Shown: in pieces, positions 52,517 through 64,000 of the stretch
Numbering within the stretch: position 1 is the first letter of the stretch
Layout of the letters: the number at the start of each line of letters is the position of its first letter
DNA from: Camelus dromedarius
Lineage: Eukaryota
Assembly (NCBI RefSeq): GCF_036321535.1
Contig: NC_087436.1
Span: 68,822,001-68,886,000, forward strand
Direction: 5' to 3'
Length of the DNA: 64,000 bases
Notes under the pieces: generated by a model
What the model saw: only the letters and a program-made list of their open reading frames with translations
The model's database searches: none
What the model was told of the DNA's origin: nothing
Program-made: the position numbers and the translations under genes

Positions 52517-52677
52517 CTCTAAGATAAGGTGATGAAGTATCTGTCTTCAAGAAGCTTTCATTTAATCTCAACTTCTGTAGCAAAATGTTATCAGCTTGCC
52601 TTTTTACTGTGTCTGCATCATTAGAAACAAACTGAAATTTAAGCAATACATCCGTTTTCAAACCTTCATTACTTGAC
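52517..52677 (-). CDS. TMPRSS11G: TMPRSS11G-like exon 5 (SEA; RSSNEGLKTDVLLKFQFVSNDADTVKRQADNILLQKLRLNESFLKTDTSSPYLR), ends at a GC donor
   Basis: Acceptor (t)10cag|GTC, 161 nt, phase 2 to 1. The only frame- and homology-compatible donor is AGAG|gcaaga. Confidence 0.88.
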
Positions 52678-53289
52678 CTGAAAAAAAAAATTCCAGAATA
52701 AATGAGTGAGGGGATAGCCATAGTAATTATTATTTTATACCTTTTCATTTAAATATTAGTTATATCTTCAAGAAAGTGCAACATAAATATTTTATACGTT
52801 TTATTGTCATGGATTTTCCCCTTTCTGTATCATGTAGGTGTTAATACCTGAATTATTTCCTGCTTATAAAACTTGGTCATATTTAGGGAGGGGAGAATAT
52901 CTGAGAATTCTAGAATTTTTTTCTGGATAAATAAATCAAGACCACTTGTTAAATTCATGAATTTTGTATATATGTTTTTCTTGATTAAAAAATGCATACA
53001 TCTGTTTATTGTTAAAAATGTTTGTAAAACTGAGAGGAATTTTTAGTGATTGTAAGAATTTTTAACTGAAATGCAAAAGTCTTTAAAGAGACAACCAGTA
53101 GAATATATTTCATCTCTACGTAAGTTAAGAAACTCTCTCCCTATAGGTATTCCATTCAGGAGGAATAACAATTAAATGTGATAGTATAAAATTATTTTTG
53201 CCCTTGGTATTCACAAAGCAAATAATTGAAGAATAACTAAATAATACAAAGTCGCCTTTTCATCATATAATGTAATTAGTTGTGATTAC

Positions 53290-53357
53290 CTAAAGTTGAC
53301 AACATGAGACTTGATGTAATGATGATTTAAACTGGATCTTTGAAATATTTTATCTAT
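53290..53357 (-). CDS. TMPRSS11G: TMPRSS11G-like exon 4 (IDKIFQRSSLNHHYIKSHVVNF)
   Basis: Acceptor ttccttttctcag|ATA, donor TAG|gtaatc, 68 nt, phase 0 to 2. Same size as and homologous to TMPRSS11A exon 4. Confidence 0.92.
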
Positions 53358-54405
53358 CTGAGAAAAGGAAAAAAAAAACAACAGTAAAGGACTCTGTTAA
53401 ATATGAATGTCACACATTTCAATATATCATAAAAATGCTTGTATAAAACTTGCAGTGATTCAAACAGCATTTACTTCTAAGTTTGTTTATAGCTATCCCC
53501 AAAAAGCTCATTGAGGCATAATCCTGTTGTCATAAAGGCCACCCCTGTAATTGAATGTTGAATAGCTTGTCACATGGTCAGAGATGGTTGATATAGAGTT
53601 GAATTAAGCTGCATATTTCAAAAGCCAGTGCAGAGACTGAGTTTCTTTGAAAACTTGCTATGAATGGACTTAGCACCCACTGTCATTCAAGCTTAGTTAT
53701 CAACCTCATGGATATGATTGAAAGATCAGTTTTTTAGGCTTTAGTAAAAGTTTTTAGGCCATGTTTGGATCCTGTGGTAAATGGGGAAAAGATGAATGAA
53801 TATTTATTATAAATATAGTCATCAAGAAAAATGCATTAAATCATTACTTATAAATAAGACAAGACAATATATGCCATTTGTATACCATTTTAGAATTCCT
53901 ATATGGGACAATTTCTCTGTAGTATGAATTCCTAGAAGAAATTATTTCTTATTAAAACCACAGCTTATTACAGAGTCTGTGGTTTTACAGACCTATTTAC
54001 TACCATTGACTCATTGAGCTGGCTTCTTAGAAAAATGACTGATCGTATGCCAAACGTTATGTGAACCTGAGTCTCAATAATTAATTCCACAAATCAGCAG
54101 AGAAGAGCTGCCAAACTGTGAAAGTGAGTGAATGTTGAACAGGTGTTTTTGACTCCTCTGATTCGACCGGTGAAATATTCTCTGGTGAAGTGCCTTGTCA
54201 CATCATATTGGATAGGCTGATGAGCATAAACTTACTGAGAAATCAATACTTATTAAAAAAAGGAATGGTCATGTGTTTTTCTTCTGACTATGAAGGGACA
54301 TTTGCTTTTTAAGGCAATAGTTTTATATACATATATGCATATTTATGTGAAAAAACATACATATTTATTGTAAAAAAGTTATATAAAGCAAACAAGAACT
54401 TTAAA

Positions 54406-54714
54406 GAACTCATCTATGAAACAGAAACAGACTCACAGAAATAGTAAACAATCTTATGGTTACCGGGGGAAAAGGAGTGGGAAGGGATAAATTTGGGAGT
54501 TCAAGATTTGCAAATGCTAGCCACTAAACATAAAAATAGGTAAAAAACAAGTTTCTTCTGTATAGCACAGGGAACTATATTCAATATTGTGTAATAACCT
54601 TTACTGAAAAAGAATATGAAAATGAATATATGTATATATATGTATGACTGGGACATTATGCTGTACCCCAGAAATTGACACATTATAACTGACTATACTT
54701 CAATTTAAAAAAAA
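54406..54714 (+). mobile_element. Younger artiodactyl/camelid-type L1 3' UTR fragment with A tail
   Basis: AAACAGAAACAGACTCACAGA..CTTATGGTTACC..GGGATAAATTTGGGAGTT..CTGTATAGCACAGGGAACTATATTCAATA..TAACTGACTATACTTCAATTTAAAAAAAA. Confidence 0.85.
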
Positions 54715-55100
54715 GGCAAGCAATACAACAAAATATGATGAAAAGCCTTCAAATCATTTCAAAATCATGGTATAGGGAATCTTCTATTTACATTTTTGGC
54801 ATATGTACTTCCAGATTTCCTACATACATTTATATATACTTATATATAATATTTATATTTCATATTCTACATATATTATTATGTTTTCTGCTTGCCTTCC
54901 ATTCTCTTTCCAATTTTATGTTTTATTGTTGTTTCCCCTTAAAACACAGCTTTTTGAACTATGCATTATCCATGGCAAGTGAGTATATAAAGTCTAGATT
55001 ATTGAACTCCATAAGAAGTCTCTAAAATTCATTTTAGGTATTGGCTTTAATTGCTTCTTCTGGGAAAATGCTTGCTAAAACTATAACTTACAGTGTAAAT

Positions 55101-55414
55101 CAGGGGTCACCAAATTATAGCCTGTAGGGCAGATCCAGGCAGCCACTTGTTTTTGTATGGCTTATCATCTCACAATTTTTAATAGTTGAAAAAAATCCAA
55201 AGAAGAATGATACTTTGTGACATCTAAAAATTTTACAAAATTCAACTCTGCGTCCATCATAAAGTTTTATTAGACCACAGAGATTGTTGCCATGTTGTCT
55301 GTGGCTGCTGTTGCATGACACTGACAGATTTAAGTAGTTGCAGAGAGACCAGTTGGCCTGCAAAGCTGAAACTATTTACTATTTGGTGTTAAAGAAACAA
55401 CTGGCCAACTCCTG
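55101..55414. mobile_element. MER58-like hAT-Charlie element
   Basis: CAGGGGTCACCAAATTATAGCCTGTAGGGCAGATCC..CTTGTTTTTGTATGG..AATAGTTGAAAAAAATC..CATAAAGTTTTATT..GGCCTGCAAAGCTGAAACTATTTACTATTTGG..GCCAACTCCTG. Confidence 0.8.
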
Positions 55415-55740
55415 ATCCAAATTAATCTACTTCCCTTCTTTATGCTGTTTCCACTTATACTCTAGAGGACAGGACCAATACTAATGAAGTGGGCATTCAT
55501 TTGCTAGTCATCTCCTAGTAAGTATTTTATGGCCCCACCATGTGGCACACACTGTGACAGGCACAAGAATAAGTAGACTTATCCCTTCACAATCCAGATG
55601 GACATAGACATAGAAAATAAAATGATGTAACAAAGTGTTAAGTGCTCCAGGAGAGGTGTATGAAAAGTTCTCAGAAAGTAAAGGAAACAGATGCTAACGT
55701 TTATTTAGACATAATTTTTCATACTTTATATTACTTTAAC

Positions 55741-55863
55741 TTTATTTTTTGGGGGTAATTAGGTTTGTTTGTTTGTTTGTTTTTAATGGAGGTATTGGGG
55801 ACTGAACCCAGGACCTTGTTCATGATAAGCAGGCACTCTACCACTGAACTATACCCTCCCCCC
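55741..55863 (-). mobile_element. Second vic-1-like tRNA-derived SINE
   Basis: Reverse complement reads GGGGGGAGGGTATAGTTCAGTGGTAGAGTGCCTGCTTATCATGAACAAGGTCCTGGGTTCAGTCCCCAATACCTCCATTAAAAA(CAAA)nCCTAATTACCCCC, the same architecture as the 47061 copy. Confidence 0.85.
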
Positions 55864-56851
55864 TAATGCTTTTTATTCACAATATTAACTAATCTTCAGA
55901 ATAACTCAGGAAAGTGGATGAAATTATCCCTATTTTGTAGTAAAAATTTTGAGGGGTTAAATAGCTTTCCCAAAGTTGATAAGCTGACAAAGGGTAAAAT
56001 TGGGATATGACCCTAGATGTTCTGACTTCAAAGCTTTGACTGTCTCTAATTCAGTGTATTGCTTCCTGAAACAAAATATTTTTTATCCTGCTCTGATTTT
56101 TTCCCCCTAATCAAAATTTCCTGAAGATGTATTTTTGAAGTCATGCCAATCCCACTCAGTTGCATCCTTCAACTCATTTCATCCGCTTCTGGTATTGGGT
56201 TGAAAAATGGCTAAAGAAATATTTCTGAACCTGATAAAAATGATCCTTCATCCTTGGTCCATGCTAGGCTCAGTAGAAGCTGTGTATACAACTAAAAAGC
56301 TAGTCTGTGTGTTTTGGTGGGATATTTTCAGGAATGAATGTTCAGTATAAGTTGCCTAATAGGAAATGTATCAGGTCATACACACATTAGGTCATACACA
56401 CAGTAGGTGCTTAATATATGATATGTGGTAATGTTGTTTGTGCCTGAATGATTGTTATGTTTCTAGATAACTCTAATTTTTTTTTTTGGTATTTGAGCTA
56501 TCTATTTTTCTGTTGGCCTTGTTCAGTCTATGGTGCAGTTATCCTTTGTTAATGTATTTTTCCAATTTTCCTGAGAAAATGTTGACTAGAATTGCCAGTA
56601 TTAGCAAATAAAAATAGTGAAGTTTTAATTTCAGATAAAAAAGAATTATTTTTTAGTATAAGCATGTTTAAAATATTGCATGAAGAATATTTTCAGGAAA
56701 TTAAAATTTAACTAGGCATTTATATTTGTCTGGCAACCCTAACATAGGTGCAGTTTGATGGGTTCTCACATTGCCTCTTATTTTATTTTAAACTCCTTTT
56801 TCACAATAGTATTGTCAGTGTAGGAATGATGCCAGCAAAGCTCAGGCTTAC

Positions 56852-56970
56852 CTCATTATTGATTTTTTGTTTCAGGTCTGTCCTAATTTTTGAGTGTTCT
56901 ACTGAAATATCAGGATCATATTCAATACTGGGAATCTGAAAGGAGGCTTGGTAATAGTGAAACTTCTGAT
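56852..56970 (-). CDS. TMPRSS11G: TMPRSS11G-like exon 3 (DQKFHYYQASFQIPSIEYDPDISVEHSKIRTDLKQKINNE)
   Basis: Acceptor ttatcccttccag|ATC, donor GAG|gtaagc, 119 nt, phase 1 to 0. YYxxSFxI start-of-SEA motif. Confidence 0.93.
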
Positions 56971-57617
56971 CTGGAAGGGATAACAAAAGTGGATGGTTTC
57001 TCTTTAGTATGAGTTGTACAAATATCAGAAGGGATGACATACAAAAAACTCCTATAATTGCTAAACTACTGGGAATTAAATACTTAACAGCTGTGGCCAA
57101 CACCTCCTTCGAATCCTTTGTGAAGATCACACATTCTCATAGTCACATGGTTGTCAGTTACGGCCTGACACAATTATCACCTGTTAGTGATAATTCATAA
57201 ATTTAAGTTGTTAATTAAGTAATAATAATAGAATGTATTATATTCCCACAAGTTGACCTCAAAGTTAGAATTTCTACTAAAACAGTATTTTTACTTTTGG
57301 TACATTCAGTATTATTAAACCATATAATAACATATGATGTGAATCTATTGCATTGTTCAAGAGATAATATTATGGGACCCAAGTCAAATTTTAAAATGCT
57401 AGAAGTAATTTTTATGCATAAAGAATTATCATTTCCCAAATGTAGACAAATTTATGTGAAAATTGAATTATACAAAGTGTGTATACATATGCAAATTATT
57501 ATTGCAATGAAAATTGCATTTAAAAATATTATAAAGGTTTTCTGTCATATTAAGGTTTTGAAATAAATTGACTAGATCTTCAAATTTTCAAAATAATACA
57601 GTGAGATGGAGTCTTAC

Positions 57618-57739
57618 CAAATGCCAAATAATAAACAAGCAGCCCGATGATTATTGCTAGAACCATCACAGCAACTGTGATAATAAGGGCAATCGTCCAT
57701 GGTTTCAGTGAACAACTTCTTCTGTCCCGTATTGATGGC
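57618..57739 (-). CDS. TMPRSS11G: TMPRSS11G-like exon 2 (PSIRDRRSCSLKPWTIALIITVAVMVLAIIIGLLVYYLAF; cytoplasmic tail and TM anchor)
   Basis: Acceptor tctttctcaaaag|GCC, donor TTG|gtaaga, 122 nt, phase 2 to 1. KPWT..IGLLVY matches the rodent Tmprss11g TM region. Not in the ORF track. Confidence 0.92.
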
Positions 57740-60700
57740 CTTTTGAGAAAGAGTTGTGTATTAAAAGCAAAACTTAAACACTAGAATTTGTTTCACATAG
57801 TTTTGGTATAAGTTTTTTTCCCCCAAATTTATAGTTAGCCCTTATTGCATTTAGTGACGTTTAAGTATATTTTTCTATAAAAATTAGAACAAAATACTGT
57901 CAAAAATCTCATTAAGATTTTACTTTATATTTTGATTTTAAAAGTCAGAATTACACTACAGTTGGGTACTATTTCCTATGTTTCCTGGTCCATTATACTA
58001 GATATATTTTTGTGAAATATTTTCTGAAATGTTTTTGTCTTTGTAAATGAACTAATGCCATATATTTGGTTCATGTGCTTCAGATCATAGCCTCAAAGAG
58101 TGAGGGCATCTGGGACACTCCTCATTCTAGCTTGAACAGGCAGTGGCTCAGAGTGATTACTAAAACCTCAGAGTTGAATAGTGGAGGAGCTGGAACTAGG
58201 ACTTGGGCTTTGGGGCTCTTTTCATACTTCTTATATCCATCATCCCGATTTATAGGACACGTAGTCTGTAAGGCGTATGAAGAACATCTAAAATACAGCA
58301 GGTTGAAGAATAGGAAATAGAGAACTATATGGAAGAAGTAATACACAAACCAAGAAGAGCTCATTCATATAATGAACAAATAAGTAGTGATAGCTCAGGA
58401 CTCTGGACTCAGGAACTCTGCTACATGAGACCCACTGATGCGATATAACAAGTATCGTTTCATAAGGTTATAAGATTTTAAACTTGTGACTTTTATAGGT
58501 AATATTGCACAGGGCAAAGCCATGTTTATTTGAGTAAATAATGAATCAACTTAAAGAAAAATATTAAGACTAGTAGTATCAGTAGTATGCAAACATAGCA
58601 AAAAAACATGAAAGTGATATTATAAATGGTATTTAGTAAAACTTTTTGAAAGCAAGGAGATGTGGCAAAGCTCTGTCTCCATCCTCATGTCAGGGCCCAC
58701 AGTCTAGAGACCAAGTCTAAACAGTGACAGAGGTGAGACTGACATGGATTGTCTAGGAGGATCTGATCCACGGGAGAGCTGAATGGGATTATGCTTCTGA
58801 AAGTTAAAGGTACTGGCTCTTGTTCAGTTAAAAATTAGACATGGAAGAGAAGAAGAAGGAATTGCCTTTTCTGGGATTGGTATCTAGTACTGCCAAAGTG
58901 GAAAATAGATCCTTCTTAAAAAATTAAAGATATTAACTGAGGTGTGCCTTTGGGTATCAATGATCTGAAAGGAGTAGGGATGCTTCTGTATCTGAGAAAA
59001 GAAGCTAAAGGCAGTTTCCCCACTCCAGAACTATCAACCTTAAGTATCTCAGGTAGCACCAATTCTGAGTTCTGCTGTGTTTCTGGAAGGATCTAAAGTT
59101 ACTCTGGCTTGCTACTCTTTGGTTGGTGGCATGACAAGAGTATCACAATCAGCAAACATCTGAAGTTTCATTAGAAGAGCTGAGATCCTGCTGGGGCATA
59201 GACAAGAGCTGGTGAACATATTTATCACCTGTATTAATAGAAGATCATGGGCAGTCATGAACTCATTCAGTTGAAATTTATGAGTTTCTTCTGTGTGCCA
59301 CTTTCTGCTCAAGATTCAAAGATGAATAAGATGTAGTCTCCCACCTTCAAGGTGTACAATCTAGAGACATATTAAGTAACTACTGTAATACAAATGATAG
59401 ATGTCATAATGGAATTATACCCAGTATGCTATGGGGGGATGAGTAGGTACAAATGGTTTTGCCTTAGAGAAGCTGTCCTTCGAACTGGGCCTTGAAGGCT
59501 GAAGAGGAGGAATTGTCAGGCAGTGGGAACAGCATATACAAACACAAGGACAAGGACAAGGATTTCTCAAGGATGTTATTTGAGGAAGTAGAGTTTATGA
59601 ATGAGAATAGAAATGAATTTAATGCAGAGTAATAGTTAACTCGGTAGATATTTATTGATCATTACTATGTACGAAACACAGAGGAACATAAAGGAGGGTC
59701 TTCAATAAGCCTTCCTCTCAAGGAACTTAGAGTCTTTTAAAGGAGGAGCACAGTGTACAAAAATTGCCGCCAGATTTGAAGAAAATTTCTAAGAGAATTT
59801 CAGAGGATTAATGATTTCTTTTTGGAGGAAATAATTGCTGAAAAATAATAATTCTTTAAAGCTTGAAAATGCTGGACCCATCATCTCACTGTCCTCCACT
59901 CTGTATCAGGTACAGAAGAGCATTCTTAAAGAGGGAGCTTGTTTTGCAACAAAATTTTCATCATCAAAAGGATATGGTTTTCTGTTGAGCTATTCCACTT
60001 CTAACTCCAGAAACATCACTGTGACTAAATTACCATTTTATGGATAGGCCATAAAAGAGAAATTGTTTGAGTTCATTTCCTTAACCCTGCAGACATGCCC
60101 TAAAATATTTATTCCTAGATGTTTTTTAAAAAATGAAAATAACTTTTGCTCCCTGATTTATTTTAGTGCTCACCTAAGTTTAACTTAACCAGTGATTAAT
60201 TTCAATGACTAGTTTCAATGATTGTTCCATACTGGTGGAGTTTATACCTCATATGTCCTTGGTAAATATTTGTCTATTAATTAGAGTAATGTGGTATAAG
60301 GTATTTGCAACACAAAAGCTGTTTTTAGCAGAGAGTTTTGCTAGAGATGAATTTCTTCAAAAACAGCAGGAGGAGAAATAAAGCATTTTTATGGAATCAA
60401 AATATAATTATAAATTTTGTACTTAAAAATCTCTAAAGGACAATTCTTCCCTCTTTCCTTCCTGAATTCTCCCTCCCCCTAGTCCTTCTGATTGAGAGAA
60501 TTTAATTTTGGTCAAACTATCCCAACAAGATGAGTATAAACAGGTTCACTGTAGGATAGGAATATCCAGCCTTAGAGAAGCCTATGGCATTCAAATAAAA
60601 GAAAAATATAAGTGACCTCACCTTTGAAATGTTCATGCCAAAGTGAAGAAGAGCAGCAACAAAAACTACCTATTCAACAAGTCAGTCAGGAAAACCATTC

Positions 60701-61074
60701 ACAAAGAGTCAAAGTGTTTTTGAAAAATGTCATCCTTTTAATCCCTCCCCTACCTTCATTTAAATTCCAAGTGGCTCATGATCCAGACTCTCTCTTAGGG
60801 GATTATTGAACCAAAGCGCAGCAGACTGGAAAGAACTCTTTCTGCTCTTTTCAGTGTCAGCCATTTTCTTTCAATGTTACAATATTTGACCAAGGTACAT
60901 CTTCAAGTTCTTTCCCCTAACATCTTTTATTTTTCCTGGAGTTTTTTCTAAATGCTTTATTTAATTAAAATATTGTCACTCGATGATTCAAAGATGAGGA
61001 ATAAGGTAATTTCTTTCTGCCACAGCAATGGCCATATGATTTGAAGGGCTCATGGTCTCCAAAAGAAGTTGCTC

Positions 61075-61280
61075 AGCATGGTGGTTAAGAGTGTGGGTTC
61101 TGCAGCCAGCCCAACTGAGTTCTTATCCCAACTCCCCACTGCAGGACTTTGGGCAATCATTCAACTTCTTTGTGCCTCAGCTTCCTTGTTGGTAAAATGG
61201 GGGTAACAATACCAACCTTGTGGAATTTGTTGAAAAGATTAAATGAGTCACATGGAAGGACACTTAGAACAGTAAATAAA
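61075..61280 (+). mobile_element. MIR SINE
   Basis: AGCATGGTGGTTAAGAGTGTGGGTTCTGCAGCCAG..CTTTGGGCAA..CTTCTTTGTGCCTCAGCTTCCT..GTAAAATGGGG..GATTAAATGAG..CACTTAGAACAG. Confidence 0.75.
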
Positions 61281-63074
61281 ACATGGTGAGGACTTAGGAA
61301 TTTTTGTTATTTTACTATCTATATTATCAAAAACAGCTGATAAAGGATATCAAGGAGTTTTTACATAGATGGAGTGAGCTGGTGGAAAGTGTGTGCTGGA
61401 TCGTGGACATACTGCACATGAAAGAAAGAGGTGAGAACCGGTGTCCACAACCTGAGAATCTGAGTGGCAACACTGGCACAAACTACACAGAGATAGGGAA
61501 GAAGCTTGGGAGCCTAGCAAAGCCCTGCTTATCCCCATGGAGAGTTCCAGCAGATTGAAAAAAAAAAAAATTCCACGGTTGGAGAAAGGGAGGACACCAG
61601 AACCTTCAAGAGTAATCACAGGATTCAGAAGTAGGCATTATGTGGTGAGCACATTTTAGAGCATCCATGGGGAAAGAATTACTGGACAAAAATAATGGGT
61701 ATGGCAAAATTTAAGTCAAGACAAGATGGGTGAATCATCTAGCTGGGGATTTTAATTCTTTGCTTAAAGAAGACAGCACAACTTGAGAAGAAAGTTGATA
61801 TGCACATATCAGGAAATGGTGATGTCATTATTCATAATAACAGTGGCTTAGCAATGATGATGATGATCATTTTTTAATTGTACCACCAAATTCGATGAGA
61901 CTTTCATTAAATCTGTGATGTAGGTAGAAATATTAAAAGTTGTGCAAAAGATTAAATGAAGATCTGTGCTTCCTTTTTATGTTTCGTGTTCTGACAAGCT
62001 GTGTGTCTTGTTTCCATAACCCCACATTAGGCAAATAAGAATGACATAATGTTTCATAAATGAAAAGTTGATGGATGTCATAATTAGAATATAATTAAAA
62101 TAACTTGTTTTAGTTGATAATAGTTCAAAAGGGAATAAAGGTCAAAGAGTGCTACTCTTCAGAGCTCTGCTCATTAATGCAAATTTACATGGTGAAATTC
62201 TGTGGAAAGTTGTTCCTTGAAGGGGATTTTAGAGTACTGAGGTAATTAATACCTGATGAGGATCCAAAAGAATGCATATACCATTGACCTGGGCTGTCGA
62301 AAATAACTGACCAGAGCAGTACTTTCCACCCACTTTGGCTAATACTATTTCAGTTTTGTTAGTATATTTTCCTTCTTGCTAATGTTTTCATTTAAGCATC
62401 ATTTATCTATAATCATGTCTCTTCCCACTGCTATTTAACAACAAATTTTGAGTTCCACAGGGAGTCAGGGCTTCTTTGAACATTAAAACACAAACTAATG
62501 TATTATCTACAAATCAAAAAAAGTTATAATACAAAAAAATATAATTTTCCACATCTTCAGTGATCTTTTCTTTGCTGTCCCATAGTGGTTTTTGTCTTTT
62601 TTCTTCCTTCTGCTTGTTTCCTCTGCCCCATCTTGTTCTATCACTTTCTTTCCAGTTTAGTCATTTATTTCTTATTCCCCTCTCCTTTTACCTCCTTTTA
62701 CTTAAAAAAAAACCCCAAATATATGTATTAATAAGATTATTCAGATTTTTTTAGATTACCCACTCTCTGAACCTTGAAATCATGAGTATCTCCTTCTCCA
62801 TAGCTCTTTCACCTAATCAGTCTACCTTAGAATTGTTTCTCCTGTTTGTACCTTCTTTGCATTTCCCTAATACCATTCTACCTCAAGCATTCAATGTATT
62901 TTATCTGGACAATAATAGTAGCCATTAATAGATCTCTTTATCTCCTATGATAACTTCCCTTCAAACACATTCTACAATTTTGCAGCCAGAATTTATCTTC
63001 TAAATATACAGTTCTGATAATGTGCAAACACTTTCAGATATTTATCATTACATAGACTGTAAACACTTTAGATT

Positions 63075-63640
63075 GGTATTCATTCACTTGTTCATTCAAT
63101 AAATATTTATAGAGATCCTATTATATGCTAAAAACTGATTCTGTTGTTGGAAAAACCATGGTGAACAAGACAGACAAGTTTCCTGCTTTCATGGAGCTCA
63201 CAGACTAGTGGAAGGGAAATGAAAATAAACAAGCTGAAGAGTAAGTTTCAACTCATGAAAGTAAAACACATTAATGAACAGAGTATGACTGGAGGCCGGG
63301 GGAAGAGATTGCTTAATTGGGTAACAAGGAGTTGTCCTCTGAGAGATGCTATTTGAGCTGAGAGATGAATAGTGAGGAAACATCTTCCAGAAGAATTGGG
63401 GAAAGAGCAACCAGGTGTCACCAAATTCCTAGAGCTGGGACAGGAGTGAATTTGCTGAGTTCATGAAAGAAACGAAGCCAATGTGCTGGATCACAGCAGG
63501 TCCAGGGAAAAGTAGAGAAAATTTAGCCAGAGACAAGCAAGGACCAAATCATAGGGTCTGAAGACCACAGCAAGGTGTTACAATTCTAAGGGCTATATGA
63601 ACCCACTGGACAATTTTAAATGTGGAAAGGATGTGATATA
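63075..63640 (-). mobile_element. L2 LINE 3' end (antisense)
   Basis: ATTCATTCACTTGTTCATTCAATAAATATTTAT..GGTGAACAAGACAGACAAGTTTCCTGCTTTCATGGAGCTCACAGACTAGTGG..CTCTGAGAG..TTTGAGCTGAGA. Confidence 0.7.
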
Positions 63641-63651
63641 ACTTACATTTT

Positions 63652-63839
63652 TTTATATTCTTATTTTTTGAAGTGTAGTTGATTAACAGTGTTAGTTTCA
63701 AGTGTATAGCAAAGCAATTCACTTATAAATATACATACACACATATATATTTTTCAGATTCTTTTCCATTACAGCTAGTTACAGGAAATTGAATGTAGTT
63801 CCCTGTGCCCTACAGTAGGTCCTTCTTGTTTATCTATTT
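63652..63839 (-). mobile_element. Short artiodactyl-type L1 3' end with target-site duplication
   Basis: TGAAGTGTAGTTGATTAACAGTGTTAGTTTCAAGTGTATAGCAAAG..TTTTTCAGATTCTTTTCCATT..TAGTTCCCTGTGC..CAGTAGGTCCTT. Near-identical flanks TAACTTACATTTT (63639-63651) and TAATTTACATTTT (63840-63852). Confidence 0.8.
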
Positions 63840-64000
63840 TAATTTACATTTTAAAAGAAAAGTCCTCCATTTGCTGTGTCTAACTTTTGAGTTCTCTTCC
63901 CTTCACATGTGCTATTCTGTTCCTTACGTCCAGCCACCCTGTTTTGCTCACAACATCTCCTCTGCCTAAAATGTCCTCTCTTCCTCTGTATTTTTAACCT

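Noticed and set aside
57740..64000. TMPRSS11G exon 1 candidates (e.g. ATGAACATTTCAAAG|gtgagg near 60620-60635; ATGTACCTTG|gtc near 60890-60900)
   Set aside because: Exon 2 needs a phase-2 upstream exon (about ATG TAY NN|gt). These candidates are phase 0 or 1, or have poor donors. Exon 1 probably lies beyond the window.

Overview
This is AT-rich mammalian genomic DNA from the HAT/DESC (TMPRSS11) type II transmembrane serine protease cluster. Two tRNA-derived SINEs resembling the camelid vic-1 family suggest a camel, alpaca or llama. Two paralogues lie in tandem on the minus strand. (1) A TMPRSS11G (DESC4)-like gene: I read coding exons 2-10 (57739 down to 41893) base by base. They splice into one uninterrupted frame with TM anchor, SEA domain, R|IANG activation site and an intact His/Asp/Ser triad; exon 1 was not found and probably lies beyond 64000. 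Intron 5 must use a GC donor. (2) TMPRSS11A: coding exons 1-5 (31497 down to 2680); the protease exons lie to the left of the window. The rest is intron or intergenic DNA rich in L1, L2/MIR, MaLR/ERV LTRs, Tigger and hAT elements, several of them nested. Most ORFs in the supplied track are spurious or are L1 remnants. I see no wholly new biological system. The best leads are the intact TMPRSS11G (a pseudogene in human), its GC-AG intron, splice-site peculiarities of TMPRSS11A and a rearranged chimeric L1. Gene and repeat family names come from recalled sequences, not database searches.
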